Source: the human T2T-CHM13v2.0 reference genome, Homo sapiens
Assembly: GCF_009914755.1 (NCBI RefSeq)
Contig: NC_060942.1
Strand: one strand, 5' to 3'
Length of the DNA stretch: 64,000 nt
A program made the position numbers and the translations under genes. This document shows, piece by piece, positions 49,706 through 63,968 of the stretch. Each line of letters starts with the position of its first letter. The first letter of the stretch is position 1. The notes beneath the pieces are model-generated. The model saw only the letters and a list, made by a program, of their open reading frames with translations, had not been told where the DNA came from and searched no databases.

Positions 49706-51798
49706 TCTTCTCGTGGGTGTGTGGCAGCGGTGAGCACCCGCCTCCTCCCTCGCTGGGATCCAGCTCCTTAGCTGTGAAACAGAAACGAAAAAATTCCCAC
49801 GGACGGGACCGTGTGGAACGGCAGAAATGGAAACCGCAGAACTGCGAGCGTGATGATCTCAGGGTTTCGCCTCTGAGCATAAGAACCAGGCTTGTAGCTG
49901 GTATTTTAAAACGGTTAAGTGTGAAGAATTACTCTCTTGCATTATTTTCATCCTTCCCTTTTGTTTGTTTGGGATGCGGGGGCCCGAGAGCTACAGGTAG
50001 GTGCTGGGCTATGGCCGCCGCCAGGACCCCTCCCGGCCAGCAGCCTCGGCTCACGTCCCCTCCTCCTCCCAGCATCAGTCCCGCAGCGTGGCGGTGGGAG
50101 GCTGCACCTCGAGGCCACGGCCCTTCTCCAAAAGCACACACTCCTGCTTTCCGACGGCACCCTCCCCTGACCACAGCTCGGGAGGTGGCACGTGTGAGAA
50201 CTCTCCATCCACAGGATGTGGCTCTCGCGGGACCTCCAGGCTCAGGCTGTCTCCGCTGGGTGTGGGACCTTTCCTGTGGGGTTTTCGATGGAGGTTGGCT
50301 GGGGAGGGAGGCATCCTCAGTGGGTAGAGGACCCCGGGGTCCTGGTGCTGCTGTCGTCAAGATGCGGCGACATGGTGGCAGAGGAAAGGCACCGTTACCC
50401 AGCAGCACGCCAGCCCCGGGTGACTGTTTCCTGTACTAACTAGGTTATTTGCAGCGCCGAGTGAAGAGGCAGCTTCACCACCCAACCCACCTGTGGGTTC
50501 TCCGGGGTCTGCAGTCTGAGGAGGCTGCAGGATGACCAGACGCCGGTCAGGGAGTTCCTCCTGTCCAGAGAAGCAGGAGGTGAACTGGGCCCACCTCAGG
50601 TCCGATTTCGCCACGAGCAAGAATGTAAGATGAATTGGACAGAAAACAAAAATAGATGTACAAGTTGATACCCAAAGAAAGCAGAAGATTCTACAGTTTA
50701 TAGGGAGGGGCACAAAACGTGCAGGGAGTAATGTGCCGGGGGGTGGGGGCAGGGGCCGATGAACGAGGCCTTGATGCTGTGTGGAGACCTCTGGGAAAGG
50801 CTGGGAGACCTTCCCTCCTTCCACAGTGGTTTCTCCCTGAAGGCGATTCTGCGTGTGGTTGGTCCTGCTGGGACCAAGGTGGCCCCTTGTTCTGCTCTTG
50901 GCCGAGTCCCCTCTGGCTTCATGGGGGTGTTAATGAGGCTCTGCAAGGCCTCCTTAAACACAGTGTGGAAATACAGGTGGTGCTGCAGGGGCAGCGAGAA
51001 CGGGGACCTCTGCTGCTGGGTCTGGCCTAGGGGTGAAGAGGACGGGAGGAGGGTGGCGTGGTAGCTGGCTGCGCGGGGCCTGGTGACGGGAGGGGCCGGA
51101 CCGCATGCAGCATTCAGGACCAGCGTGGCCCTGGGTGTTCCGCCTGTTCTGACCGTGTGGTCGAGTGAACAGAGCATGCAGGGGAGATGCAGCAGGTTCT
51201 CCCCGACGCGGAAGAGCAAGGGGTCCCCGGTTCCTGGAGGAGCAGCGGGATTGCCCCAGGCTCTGGGATCGCCCACGGGGGCAGCGGGCCAGCACCCCCA
51301 GCCGCATCTCTGCACAGCCGTGCTGCACACCTTCTCCGTCACGTGTTGGAGGTGGGTCTCAGCACCAGCACATCCACATTGATAGCTTAAAATGGGACTT
51401 TTCTCCCGCCTGTCTCACTGTTGGCCCGCCCCCATGCAGCGGTGGGGACCCCACTGCAGGGACTCCAAGAGCCCCATCCTGTCCTCGGCTCCAGCCTCCA
51501 TCAGCACCAGCCGTGTCCTTGCAGCCCTGACTGGAGCAACTCCCAAACTCTGCTGCCCGGCAGGTCTTCTGACCCTGCCCGCGGTGATGGCACCCTCTGG
51601 AAGGCTGGCCCAGGACGGCACCTCCATGCTGGCAGCCCCTGAGTGTAGTGTGTGTTCTACACAAAAGAGCCAGGAAGTCATCTGTGATCATTGTTTAAGG
51701 GACTGTGATTAACGTTTATGAAATGTTCTGTGCTATGCGAAGAAACCACTGAATGTTAGGGAAAATATTAAATACTGAATAATTATACAACTGTTCCA

Positions 51799-51804
51799 AA
51801 TAAA
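51799..51804 (+). terminator. Candidate distal polyadenylation signal AATAAA
   Basis: AATAAA in an AT-rich context about 2.1 kb past the proximal site. Confidence 0.5.
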
Positions 51805-52248
51805 GTCTTAAGAAGAAACTTGAACTTGCTTCCCTTAGTATAAATTTCATGTCAGGTTTTAAGCTTAAACTGGCTGTAAGGAAATTTGTGATTTAAAATT
51901 TGAAGAGGTGACTCCTTAAATTTCGAGATAGTCGTTGCATAAATAGATGATAAATTTTAGACCATTCAAAAATCTGTAACAGTTAAATTTAATGAAATTT
52001 CCTTCCTTTTCTCTTTTGAGAAATGGAAAGTTGAAATTTTGTATAACAGCATGCACAGATTTCATATCTGATCAGTTTTTCATATTAAGTTTTCAAAACA
52101 ACCATGAAGCTCTAATCTGCACGTGCGCTTGCTGTGAGACGGTGCCTGGCAGACGTGGAGATCGGGAGGTAGTGGTTCTCCACCTGGTGCCCACCCAGTG
52201 ATCACTTTTAGCGCCAGACATGCCATAGGTTTTGACAAATGTCTGATG

Positions 52249-52324
52249 GTGTATCCACCACTGTGGTGTCGCACAGAATCGTGTCCCCGTGTATCCACCA
52301 CCGTGGTGTGGCACATAATCGTGT
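52249..52324. repeat. 40-bp duplication
   Basis: gtgtatccaccac.gtggtgt.gcaca.aatcgtgt twice. Confidence 0.82.
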
Positions 52325-52849
52325 TATATGACTGGAATTAGTATGTAGCCTTTTCAGATTGGCATCTTCCACCCAGTAATATGCATTTAAGTTTCCTCCA
52401 TGTCTTTTCATGACTTGAGAGCTCATTTCTTTTTACCACGGAATCACACAATTCATTTATCCATTCACCTACTGGAAGATAATCTTGGTTGTCTCCAAGT
52501 TTGGGCAGTGATGAACAAAGCTGCTCTAAATATCCATATACATGTTTTTGCCAGGACATAACTTCTTAATCCCTTAGGGTAATGCCAAGGCATGTGACTG
52601 CCGGATCCTACGGTCACAGTGCATTTAGAAACTCAGATTGTCTCCCAAAGCAGCTGTGCCATTTTGCATTCCCACCCACAGTGAATGAGAGTTCCTGTTG
52701 CTCTATGTCCTCACTGGCGTTCGACGCAACGCAGAGCATCTTTTCATGTGATTATTTGCCATCTCTGTATTCATATCTTCTTTGACGAGGTTTTAAAATC
52801 TTTAGCCCATTTTGAAATCAGTTCGTTTCTAATTGTTGACTTTCTCTGT

Positions 52850-52992
52850 TGTTTTTTTTTGTTTGTTTGTTTTTTGAGAGGCTGAGTTTCACCATATTGC
52901 CCAGGCTGGTCTCAAACTCCTGAGCTCAAACAATCTGCTCGCCTCAGCCTCCCAAGGTGCTGAGATTGCAGGCATGAGCCACCACGCCCGGC
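52850..52992 (-). mobile_element. Alu left monomer (FLAM-like), antisense
   Basis: tttcaccatattgcccaggctggtctcaaactcctgagctcaa...gagccaccacgcccggc. Confidence 0.82.
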
Positions 52993-55024
52993 GAGTTTTG
53001 ATTTCTGTTAGGAAAGAGTTTTGTATGCATTCTGGAGAACAATCCTTTCTCACACATGTCTCTTGCAAGTCCTGTCTCCTAGTCTGCCTTGTCTTCTAAT
53101 TCTCTTGACAGTGTCTTTGAGAGGGCAGAATTTTTTCATTTTCATGAAGTTCAGCTCATCAGTTACTTCTGTCATAGACTGTGCCTTTGCTGTTGTGTGA
53201 AAAGGTTCACCATCATACCTAGATCATGTAGGTATTCCCTAGGGGTTTCATAGTTTTGCATTTTATAGTTAGGTCTCTGATCTATTTTCAGCCAATTTTT
53301 GTGAAAGGTGTAATGTGTGTGTCAACATTCATTTCTTTGCTTATGGACATCCAGTTGTTCCAGAACCATTTGTTAAAAAGACTCTTTTCTCCACTGTATT
53401 CCCTTTGCTCACTTGTGAAAGATCAGCCGACTGTATCTTTGTGGGTCTGTTTCATCAATCCATTTGTCTTTCTTTCACCAGTACCTCAGTGTCTTAATTA
53501 CTGTCGCTTTAGTTAAGTCTTGAGGTCGGGTACTGTCCATCCTCCAGCTTCTTTCTTCTCCTTCAGTATTTTGTTGGGTATTCGGGGTCATTGCCTCTCC
53601 ATATAAACTTTAAAGTCAGTTTGTCAGTATCCACAAGATAACTTGCTAGGATTTTGATTAGGATTGCATTGAATGTGTAGATCAAATTGGGAAGAACTGA
53701 CACCTTGAAAGACTTGATTCTTCCTATCCATGTACATAGAATATCTCTCTGTTTCATTCTTCCTTGACTTTGTTGATCAGAATTTTGTAGTTTTCCTGAT
53801 AGAGATCTTATCTATATATAGTTAGATTTATACAAAAGTATTTTATTTGGCACAGGTAATGTAAGTGATACTATGTTTTTAATTCCAAATTCCACTTGTT
53901 CATTGCTGGTATATAGGAAAGCAGTTGACTTTGTGTATTAACCTTGCATGCTGAAAACTTGCTGTAGTTCCAGGAGGCACTTGGTCGGGGCAGTCCAATT
54001 CTTTTGGATTTTCTACACAGACAATTATGTCATCTGCAAAGAGTTTTATTTCTTCGCTCCCAATCAGTATACTTTTTATTTCCTTTTCTTACTGCATTAG
54101 TTGAGACTTCCAGTATGATGTTGAAAAGGAGTGGTGAGAGGATGTCCTTGCCTTGTTCCTGATCTTAATGGGAAAGCTTTGCATTTCTCACCATTATTAT
54201 AGATTTTCTGTGTCAAGTTGAAGTTCCCCTTTATTCCTAGTTTGCTGAGTTTTATCATGAATAAGTATTGAATTTTTGTCAGATGCTTTTTCTGCATCTG
54301 TTGATACGCTCACGTAATTTTTTTGTTGTTGCTGTGATGGGTTACATTGATTTTCAAATCCCAGTAGTCTGGGGTAAATCCCAATAGTCTTGCTGTAGAA
54401 TTCTTTTTATGCATTGTAGCTTTCAGTTGGATAAGATTTGGTTGACGATTTTGCATCTGTGTTCATGAGAGATATTGGTCTATAGTTTTCTTATTTTCAT
54501 CTGGTTTGTGTAATAGAGTGATGCTGGTCTCATAGAATGAGCTTGGAAGTATTCCCTCTGCTTCTGTCTTCTGAAGGAGATGATAGAAATTTCATATAAT
54601 TTCTTCCTTAAATATTTGGCAAAATTCACCAGTAAACTCATCTGGGCTTGATGCTTTCTGCTTTGGAAAGTTGTTTATTATTGATTCAATTTCTTCAATA
54701 GATATTGGCCTATTTAGACAAACTGGTTCTTATATGAGTTTCAGCAGATTGTGTCTTTGAAGGAATTGGTCCATTTCATCTGGGTTATCACATTTGTGGG
54801 CATAGAGTTGTTCATAGTATTCCCTTATTATCCTTTTAATGTCTATGGGATCTGTAGTGATGTCCCCTCTCATTTTTTGATATTAGCAGTTTGTGTCCTT
54901 TTTTTTTTTTTCTTACCCTGGCTAAAGAGATATCAATTTTCTTTCTTTTCAAAGAACTAGCTTCTGGCTTCCTTACTTTTCTGTATTGATTTCCTATTTT
55001 CAATTTCATTGTTTTCATCTCTAA

Positions 55025-55345
<321 letters not shown>

Positions 55346-56554
55346 TATTACTTCTACTTTGAATTTAATTTGTTATTCTTGTCTTATTCAGGTGGAAGCT
55401 TCAGTTATTGATTTTAGATCTTTTCTAATATATGCATTCAGTACTCTGAATTTCTCTGCAGTACTGCTTTTGCTGCATCCCACAAATTTTGGTAACTTGT
55501 GTTTTCATTTTCATTTACTTCAAAATATTTTTAAATTTCTCTTGGTATTACTTCTTTGTCCTGTATGTTATTTAGAAATGTGTTGTTTAATTGCTGCATG
55601 TTTTTGTGATTTTTCAGTTATCTTTCTATTACTGATTTTTGCTGTAATTTCACTGTGATCTGAGAGCAGACACTGCATGATTTCTCCTCTTTTAAGTTTG
55701 CTGAGGTGTGATTGATGGCCTGTCTGCATGAATGTTCCTGTGAGCCTGAGAAGAACGTTACTGTGCTGCTGGTGGATAACATTGTCTGTAGATGTTAATG
55801 ATATCCAGTTGATTGATGGTAGTGTTGAGTTTGACCATATGCTTACTGATTTTATACCTACTGACCACCCTGTCTCCTCCCCTCCTTATAGCCCTTGCTG
55901 AATTTGGGGTTGTTTTGATTTTTGCCTTTTTGTTTTGTTTTTTTGGCTGACTGCACCATGACAGCAGGAATGCAGTCTGGTTGGTTGATGTAGCTTCTAC
56001 TCTCAACACAGAACTGGCTCATAATATCTGTTCAACAAAAGTTTGTTGAATGAATAAATGCAGGTTCTCAATTCCCAGTATCTTGCAGGCATCCACCTAA
56101 TGTGGCTCAGTCTCCAGGACTTTGTATTTTCCTTTGATCTACTTCCCATTCCACGCTGCCCACTGAGTTTGTTTTTTCTCTGCCTCCAATAACATTTTAC
56201 TTGCTAAGATCACACTTGCCCAGTTCTGATTGCCTGTGCCAGTTAGGAAGGCAGTGGTGAGGAAGAGTGCACAGGTGCCTGCCTGTGGTTTGTGAAAATC
56301 CCTTTTAGATCCTGGCAGTGGGTTGTGGGCTTTGGTCTTGGTGTTACTCTTTTTTCCTTTGCCTGTGTCTTTGTAACTACTTTAGAGGGGAGATTGTGGA
56401 GGCTGTATCAGGAACTGTTAGCCAGAAGTCTTTTAAAAAATACTTACCATTTTTACTTTTTAATGGAAAATGGAGGCTGGATATCCCAAGAATCAGAGGT
56501 TATATAAAATATATGAAACGTGATTTTTAAAGAATGAAAATGAATAAAATAGGA

Positions 56555-57420
56555 CAGTTAGGCAAGAAAAAGAAATAAAAGGCATTCATATTGGAAAGGA
56601 AGAAGTAAAACAATCTTCACAGGTGGCATTGTCTTGTATATTTAAAAAGCCTAAAGAACCTACTAAAAAACAATTAGATACAGTAAGTTCAGCAAGGGTA
56701 CAGGATACAAGATCAGTATACAAAAATCAATTGTATTTCTATACACTAGCAGTGAACAACCCAGAAAAGAAAGGAAACAATTCCATCTGCATGCAAAAGA
56801 ATGAAATTAGACCGTTACCTCACACCATATACAAAAACTAATTCAAAATGAATCAAAGACCTAAATGTAACAGCTAAAAACTCCTAGAGAAAAACAGACA
56901 TAACTCTGTCTCTTGGGTCAGTCAAGGATTTCTCAGGTGTAACAACTAAAGCACAGGAACTAAAGAAAAAATAGATAACTTGGACTTTATGAAAATTACC
57001 AGCTGTTATGCTACAAAGAAAACTGTCGAGAAAATGAAAATACAAGAATTGGAAAAAATATTTGCAAATTATCTATCTGATAAGGGTCTAGTGTCTGCAG
57101 TATATAAAAACTCTTACAACTCAACAATAAAAAGACAATCAGATGTAAAAATGGGCAAGAGATCGAGACATTCCCAGAGAAGATGCCCAGACGTCCTGCA
57201 GGTGCATGAAAAGCTTCCCATTTCATTCCCACTTCTTTGGGCAGGAGGATGTGCAGTGAGGAGTCAAAGCAGATGAGTGTGGGGTTTCCTTCAGGGGTGG
57301 TGCAGGTGTTGTGGAATTAGGCTGTGGTAATGTTTACACAACTGAGAATATACTGAAATTCCACTGAATTGTACACATTAAAGGGGTGAACTCATGGTAT
57401 GTGAATTAAAATAGTTTTTA
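56555..57420 (+). mobile_element. Sense L1M ORF2/3'-end fragments
   Basis: aggcaagaaaaagaaataaaaggcat, aaatcaattgtatttctatacactagc, atatttgcaaattatctatctgataagggt. Confidence 0.8.
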
Positions 57421-57436
57421 AGAGTAAGTAAAACCC

Positions 57437-57755
<319 letters not shown>

Positions 57756-57944
57756 TTAACCCAGCACCCTGTGTAAGAAACAGGATTCTCGGAGCCCTTC
57801 CTGTCTGGGTACTCTCCTCCCCCGCCATACCCTTAGACAAATCCTGAATTTCATATTAATCGCTGATTTTTTTTCTGCGTAATTTTACCACATGTATATT
57901 TATGCTTAAGACTGTATGTTTGGTTTTGCCCATTTTTGTACTCA

Positions 57945-58297
57945 ATACGGTCTTCAGCTTACCATGGTTTGACAACAGTTTTTTGACTTTAGACTGGTTC
58001 CAAAGGGATACACATTCACTAGAATCTGTGCTCCAAGTATGCACACAGCCATTCTGCTTACCAGTTTCAGTTCAGTAGTCAGTACATCACGAGATATTCA
58101 GCACTTCATTATAACATAGGCTTTGTGTCAGACAAGTTTGCCCAACTGTCGGCTAACATAGGGTTCTGACACGTTTAATCTGGGCTGGGCTAAGCCATGA
58201 TGTTTGGAGAGTTAGTTAAGTGTTCAAATGCATTTCCAACTTGGGACACTTGGGTTTATCAGGACGGGACCCCATGGTAAGTAGGGGAGGGAACCTG
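57945..58297 (-). mobile_element. MER47A-like MITE
   Basis: ggctgggctaagccatgatgtttgg...gggtttatcaggacgggaccccatggtaagt. Confidence 0.65.
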
Positions 58298-58584
58298 TTC
58301 TTTCTGACTTCTCGTGTGCTTCAGGGTTTTGTCCGTGCACACAGCCGTGGTCCATCACTGCCCTCCGTGCTCAGCGATGTTTCTGTTCCACAGCTTGTCC
58401 TCCTTTTGCCGGACGTTTGTGTTGCTTATGGCTCTTTTTATGCAAATGCAGCTGCCTGAGCATTCTTTACCTATGTCCTGATCCATTCGTGAATGAGCCT
58501 CTGGGGTTAAATACCCACAAGTAGAGTTACTGGGACTGGGGGGCACCCCAGTGCAGTTTTCCTGGATAGTGTGGAATTAGTTTC

Positions 58585-59072
58585 TCAGTCATTGATGCTG
58601 GTTTGCACTCCCTCCCAGTCAGTGATGCTGCTTCACACTCCCAGTCAGTGATGCTGGTTCACACTCCCTGCCAGAGATGCTGGTTCACACTCCCAGTCAG
58701 TGATGCTGGTTCACACTCACTCCCAGTCATTGATGCTGGTTCACACTCTCTCCTAGTCAGTGATGCTGCTTCACACTCCCTCCCAGTCAGTGATACTGGT
58801 TCACACTCACTCCCAGTCATTGATGCTGGTTCACACTCTCTCCCAGTCAGTGATGCTACTTCACACTCCCTCCCAGTCAGTGATGCTGGTTCACACTCCC
58901 AGTCAGTGATGCTGGTTCACACTCCCAGTCAGAGATGCTGGTTCACACTCACTCCCAGTCATTGATGCTGGTTCACACTCCCTCCCAGTCAGTGATGCTG
59001 CTTCACACTCCTGCCCAGTCAGTGATGCTGGTTGACACTCCCTCCCAGTCAGTGATGCTGGTTCACACTCCC
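58585..59072. repeat. VNTR, 26/30-bp units (cccagtcagtgatgctggttcacactc[cct])
   Basis: About 17 copies. Confidence 0.95.
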
Positions 59073-59603
59073 CACACCTGGTCAGCCAAAAACGGCTTTT
59101 CCAACAACAGAAGGACCTGAAGGGAAACCTCACAGCAAGCCCCTCCCAGGTGGGCAAAGTTATGTCTTCAGAGAGAATATTCTAAACCCTCGGAGCTGCA
59201 GAGCCAGAAAGCTGGGGCCCAGGCAGTGTCGTCAGCCTTCCCAAAGTGTCTGCACGAGCTCATTCCCACAGTTGATGGAATGACATTTAACTGTCACCTT
59301 TCTCTAGAAGTGACTGCAAAGCACAGAGATTGGTCTTCAGGCTCCTGGACAGTTCCCTGCAGGGCCTGGTGGGTGGTGACCGTGTGGCTGGCAGCTCGCA
59401 GTTGATGGAGACTGTGTAGCCATCAGACATGATGTCAACACAAGACACCAGTTTTTAGGAAACAGCCTCCAAGGTACTGCTTGATGCATTCACCATGGGT
59501 CGTGTGCCTGGCCAGCCTCTACCTGCCTGGGAAGCTCCTTCACCTGGGGATGCCTCTGCTGGTTTTCCTGAGACACAGCCCTTGGGGGCACTGATGGTCC
59601 CCG

Positions 59604-60120
59604 GGTGACCAGGGTCACCAGCAGCGTAGCCCCAACCCCATGTGTGAGTGACCAGGGTCACCAGCAGCGTAGCCCCAACCCCATGTGTGAGTGACCAGGG
59701 TCACCAGCAGCGTAGTCCCAACCCCATGTGTGAGTGACCAGGGTCACCAGCAGCGTAGTCCCAACCCCATGTGTGAGTGACCAGGGTCACCAGCAGCGTA
59801 GTCCCAACCCCATGTGTGAGTGACCAGGGTCACCAGCAGCATAGCCCCAACCCCATGTGTGAGTGACCAGGGTCACCAGCAGCGTAGTCCCAACCCCATG
59901 TGTGAGTGACCAGGGTCACCAGCAGCGTAGTCCCAACCCCATGTGTGAGTGACCAGGGTCACCAGCAGCGTAGCCCCAACCCCATGTGTGAGTGACCAGG
60001 GTCACCAGCAGCGTAGCCCCAACCCCATGTGTGAGTGACCAGGGTCACCAGCAGCATAGCCCCAACCCCATGTGTGAGTGACCAGGGTCACCAGCAGCGT
60101 AGCCCTGGCCCCATGTGTGA
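59604..60120. repeat. VNTR, 43-bp unit (gtgaccagggtcaccagcagcgtagccccaaccccatgtgtga), 12 copies
   Basis: Near-perfect array. Confidence 0.97.
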
Positions 60121-62296
60121 AAGTGTGGTTTTGTCCTAGGTCCAGGAAACCCATTTCCAGCCCCGTAGGGTGGATCCCAGGGCTCTCTGAGTCAGAGCTG
60201 CCCAGATGGCCAGGACTGCTTCTTTGGAAAAGCAACAATGATTAGTGAGATGATGCAGAGGGCAGATGCCACGTCTGCCTTCAGCCCTGGTGTTGGGAAC
60301 GTGGCTGCTGTGCCCACACCCCAGGCTTCTGAAGAGAGGAGAGCTGGGCGTTGGCACCATTTGAGCCCCTAGGATTATTTTTTGTTGTTAGAACTAGTTT
60401 CTAAAGATTCATTTTTAACATTTTGCAGTGAAGAAGGAAGGAAAGATGTCAGTGAGCGCCCCGTGAACAGTCAGCTCGTGACACCTGCCGGGGATAACGA
60501 AGACGCTGTCAGCAGCTGGAGGCTGAGCTCTAAGCAGTGCTTTCCCAAGGAGGCCTGGAAAGGCAGTTGTCTGAAAGTCAGAAACTGGCTCAGCCCGAGC
60601 TGACAGAATGACTTACAGATGAGCTGCCTTGGCCAGAGATAAACATCCCTGTGGTTGGGTTATGTATTTGTCAAGGACAATTAAGAGGCACTTTCTTTAA
60701 AAAGCACAATTCTCCAGCAACCTCGAGATCTTTGGAAGAGTCGGGAAAGTGCAGTGATGAGTTCTGCTGCACCCTGAGACAGACAGAAGGCGACGACCGG
60801 ACAGAAAATGCCTTGAAAGTCATTCAGATGTCACCTCAAACCTCCCTTCATTCCAGGCAGTTCCCGGAAGATGCATTTTGATCATCGAAGGCGTGAGTCT
60901 GCTGCATGCGTTGCCTTGACACCTGGCGCCAACGCTGCTGTTTCTTTTCAGGTGAGAGCTCAATTAGGCTGAAAGCTGTACCCGCCTCTCCTGCACTTCC
61001 CAGGCCTAGAGCAGCAGGGTGCCTGCAGCGGGGCCTCTCGTGCTTGAGGGAGGCACAGGTCCGGAAAAGGAGCCTGACCCGCCCCAGGAGGGCCCTGTGC
61101 TGCCCGAGCTGAGACCCCAGGACACCCCTCCCAGGCCCGGACCCTGCGGCCCTCATGGAACTCACCAGTGTGCACGCTGGGAATAAACGTGGATGTGCAG
61201 CCTGGAACCTTCGTCTCTAGGTCAAGAGGGAACCTAGGGTGTGTTTCCCTCCTCTTCCGGCTTAGCTGGGGGTTGGAAGGGGCTGTTGGTCCTTCTCTCT
61301 TCTCCCCATTGTTATCCTGTTGGTCCACTGCAGCCTGGGCTCCTGGAGAGAAGAGCGCAGCCCAGCCTCCTCTTCTGCTCCCGTTGCCCACCCATAAGAA
61401 GTGCTTGCACAAGCTTTGTTTCTCCCATGTTCCTCCTCCCGTCCATGCCTCCCACCCGCAGTCCTTCTCCTTCCAGCTGTTTCCCATCCTTGCTCTGCCC
61501 ACCAGGAGAGCTCTGCTCATCACAGGAGGCCAGACTCCTGGAATGTTTCTCCCAAAGTCCGCCACTTCCAGCCTTAATTCCATCTCACCTTTTTTATTAA
61601 AAAAAAAAAAAATGTTGATGGACTCCAGAATGGCTTGTTAGACACTGCTAGGAACCCCACAACTGAAAATCGCTCACTGTGTTGAATCATGTTTTTAGAT
61701 GAGGGAAACTCCCTTGAGGGACCCTGCAGAGCCCTGACCACCTTGAACTTTATTCTGACAGCTTTGCCCAGCATCCAGGTAAGGCTTCCAGCAGGAAACC
61801 TGCTGGCCACGAGCTCAGAGAGCTCTCCTCTCGGTGCAAGACTGAACAAGGACGAGGCCCTTCACGCCAAGGACATGAGTAAGGGAAATTGCCTGTTTTG
61901 GCCTCAGCTTGGGCAAAGGAAGGGGAAAAGTCCTCTGAGAATTAGTGACAACAAGCTGGTTCCTAAGCCGAGATTTATGCCATGTGCATAATCTGAGAAA
62001 CCTCAAGTGGATAATGGGGTTGACGGGGGCGTCCTCAGTGGCCGGCAGAAGTGAGCACACATCCTTTCTAAAGGAACACAACTTAGATCTCAACTAATTC
62101 CCCAGATAAAATGATAGATAACTTGAATAATAAAGATCACAGAACACCACTAGGGAGAGGCGGGAAAACAGCAAACCACAGTGGCAGGTGTCGGATGCTT
62201 GATCGTCACAGAAGCTGAGACAAGCAGGTTTGATCTATGTAAGGAAATAAAGGAAAGGAGTGTGTGTGACAGAGACTATTAGAACATCATCACACG

Positions 62297-62412
62297 AGCC
62301 AGGTGCAGCAGCTCCGCCTGGAACCCCAGCACCCTGAAAGGCCAGTTTGTTTGAGCCCAGCAGTTTGAGACCAGCATGGGCAACGTGACGAGACCTTCTC
62401 TTTACAAAAAAT
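62297..62412 (+). mobile_element. Alu monomer (FLAM-like)
   Basis: gccaggtgcagcagctc...tgagcccagcagtttgagaccagcatgggcaac...acaaaaaa. Confidence 0.7.
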
Positions 62413-62479
62413 AGTTTTTTAAAATTTTAAAATCATCACACATTTTTGGAGATGCTTTTTCACTTTAAAAATCCTATTT

Positions 62480-63520
62480 AGAGTTCATCTGAAATTTAAA
62501 ACTCAATGGACAGATCAAAAAGCACATTAGACACAGCTGAAGAGAAAACCAGTGAACTGGAAGCCAAATCCAAAGAAATCATTCAGAAATCAACGTGGCA
62601 AGATGGGAAATATTGGAGAGAAGATAAAACACATGGCAGTCGGAATGGGAAGGTCCAGGGTGCATCTTGAAATCCAGGTTTCAGGAAGAATTGAAGATAT
62701 GATGGCTTTGAATTTTCCAAAATTGCTTAAAGAACTCAAGCCTTAGATTCTAGAATCTCACTGAATCCAAAATAATATAATTAAAATGAAATCAGAACTT
62801 ATAGTGGAATTCAGAACCAAAATCCTAAAATTTGCAGATAATTTAGATTCTCTGAAACATTCAATGGAAACAAATAGAAGACAGAAGACAGGGAAAACAC
62901 ATCTTCAAAGTACTTAGAGGAAATAACTATCAGTCTAGAACTGTGCCCAGTGAAATTATTGTTTGAGATCAAGGGTAGAGTAAAACACTTTCAGACAAAA
63001 GCTGTGAGTTTGCCACCAACAGACCCCCATGAAAGAAAATCCTAAAGGAGGTTGTCATGGCCCTGTGAACCCCACTGGAGTGCATTACCCTACTCAATAT
63101 TGGAGATACATATCGCTAATAACAGAGATCCAAAAATAAAAGGTACCTACACATATTAGAGCTGTGCTGTTATGAGCAAAATCTGATGAGACCATAAAAA
63201 GAAATTGACAAATTCAGCAGCATTTTGGGAGATTTTAATACCTCTTTCAATAATTGATAAGACACACACAAATCAGAAAGAATACAGAAAAATGACCACC
63301 ATAATACACAACTTTGGTGTAATGGACATATATAGGGTATTTCCAGAGTTTTCTGATCGTTTAGAAACCAATGAAATGTTAACTAGAAAAACCTCTCACA
63401 TTTGGAAATTTATATTAACTCGTGAGCCAAGAATCAGTCACAGTGGAAACTGAACAGACATCTGTGTGAACCGCATTTGAACTACATTTCAAAACTTGTG
63501 GCAATGCAGCCTAAGTGATA
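62480..63520 (+). mobile_element. Old sense L1M ORF1/ORF2 fragments
   Basis: ttagacacagctgaagaga, gaattttccaaaattg, catcttcaaagtact, gggagattttaatacctctttcaataattgatag. Confidence 0.65.
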
Positions 63521-63687
63521 TTTAAACATTTGGTTTTCTATTTTATAAAACTTAACATCCATTCATGTTTGAAAAGGGGTCTCTAAATTTACCAAGAATA
63601 GACTCTTCCTTAACCTAATGGGCAGCCTCATAAAAATCTACACAAACTTGTAGGGTTTTTTTTCTATAAGTAAACTTGCAGTATTTC

Positions 63688-63968
63688 TTAGACACAAGGT
63701 CTTGCTCTGTTGCCTAGGCTGGAGTGCAGTGGTCCAACCATAGCTCACTGCAGCCTCAAACTGCTGGGCTCAAGTGATCCTCCTGCCTCAGCCTGCCTAG
63801 TAACAGCCTACAGTGTGGACCGCCACACTCAGCTAACTTTGTAACTTTTAGTAAAGATGGGGTCTCACCATGTTGCCCAGTCTAGTCTCAAACTCCTGGC
63901 CTCAAGTGATCCTCCTGCCTCAGCCTCCCAAAGTGCTGGGATTATAGGCATGAGCCACTGAGCCTGGC
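63688..63968 (-). mobile_element. AluJ, antisense
   Basis: Dimer with ctcactgcagcctcaaactgctgggctcaag. Confidence 0.9.

Noticed and set aside
49717-51712. Cluster of 100-240 aa ORFs downstream of the poly(A) site as a separate gene
   Set aside because: No domain similarity or coherent exon structure; consistent with GC-rich non-coding DNA.
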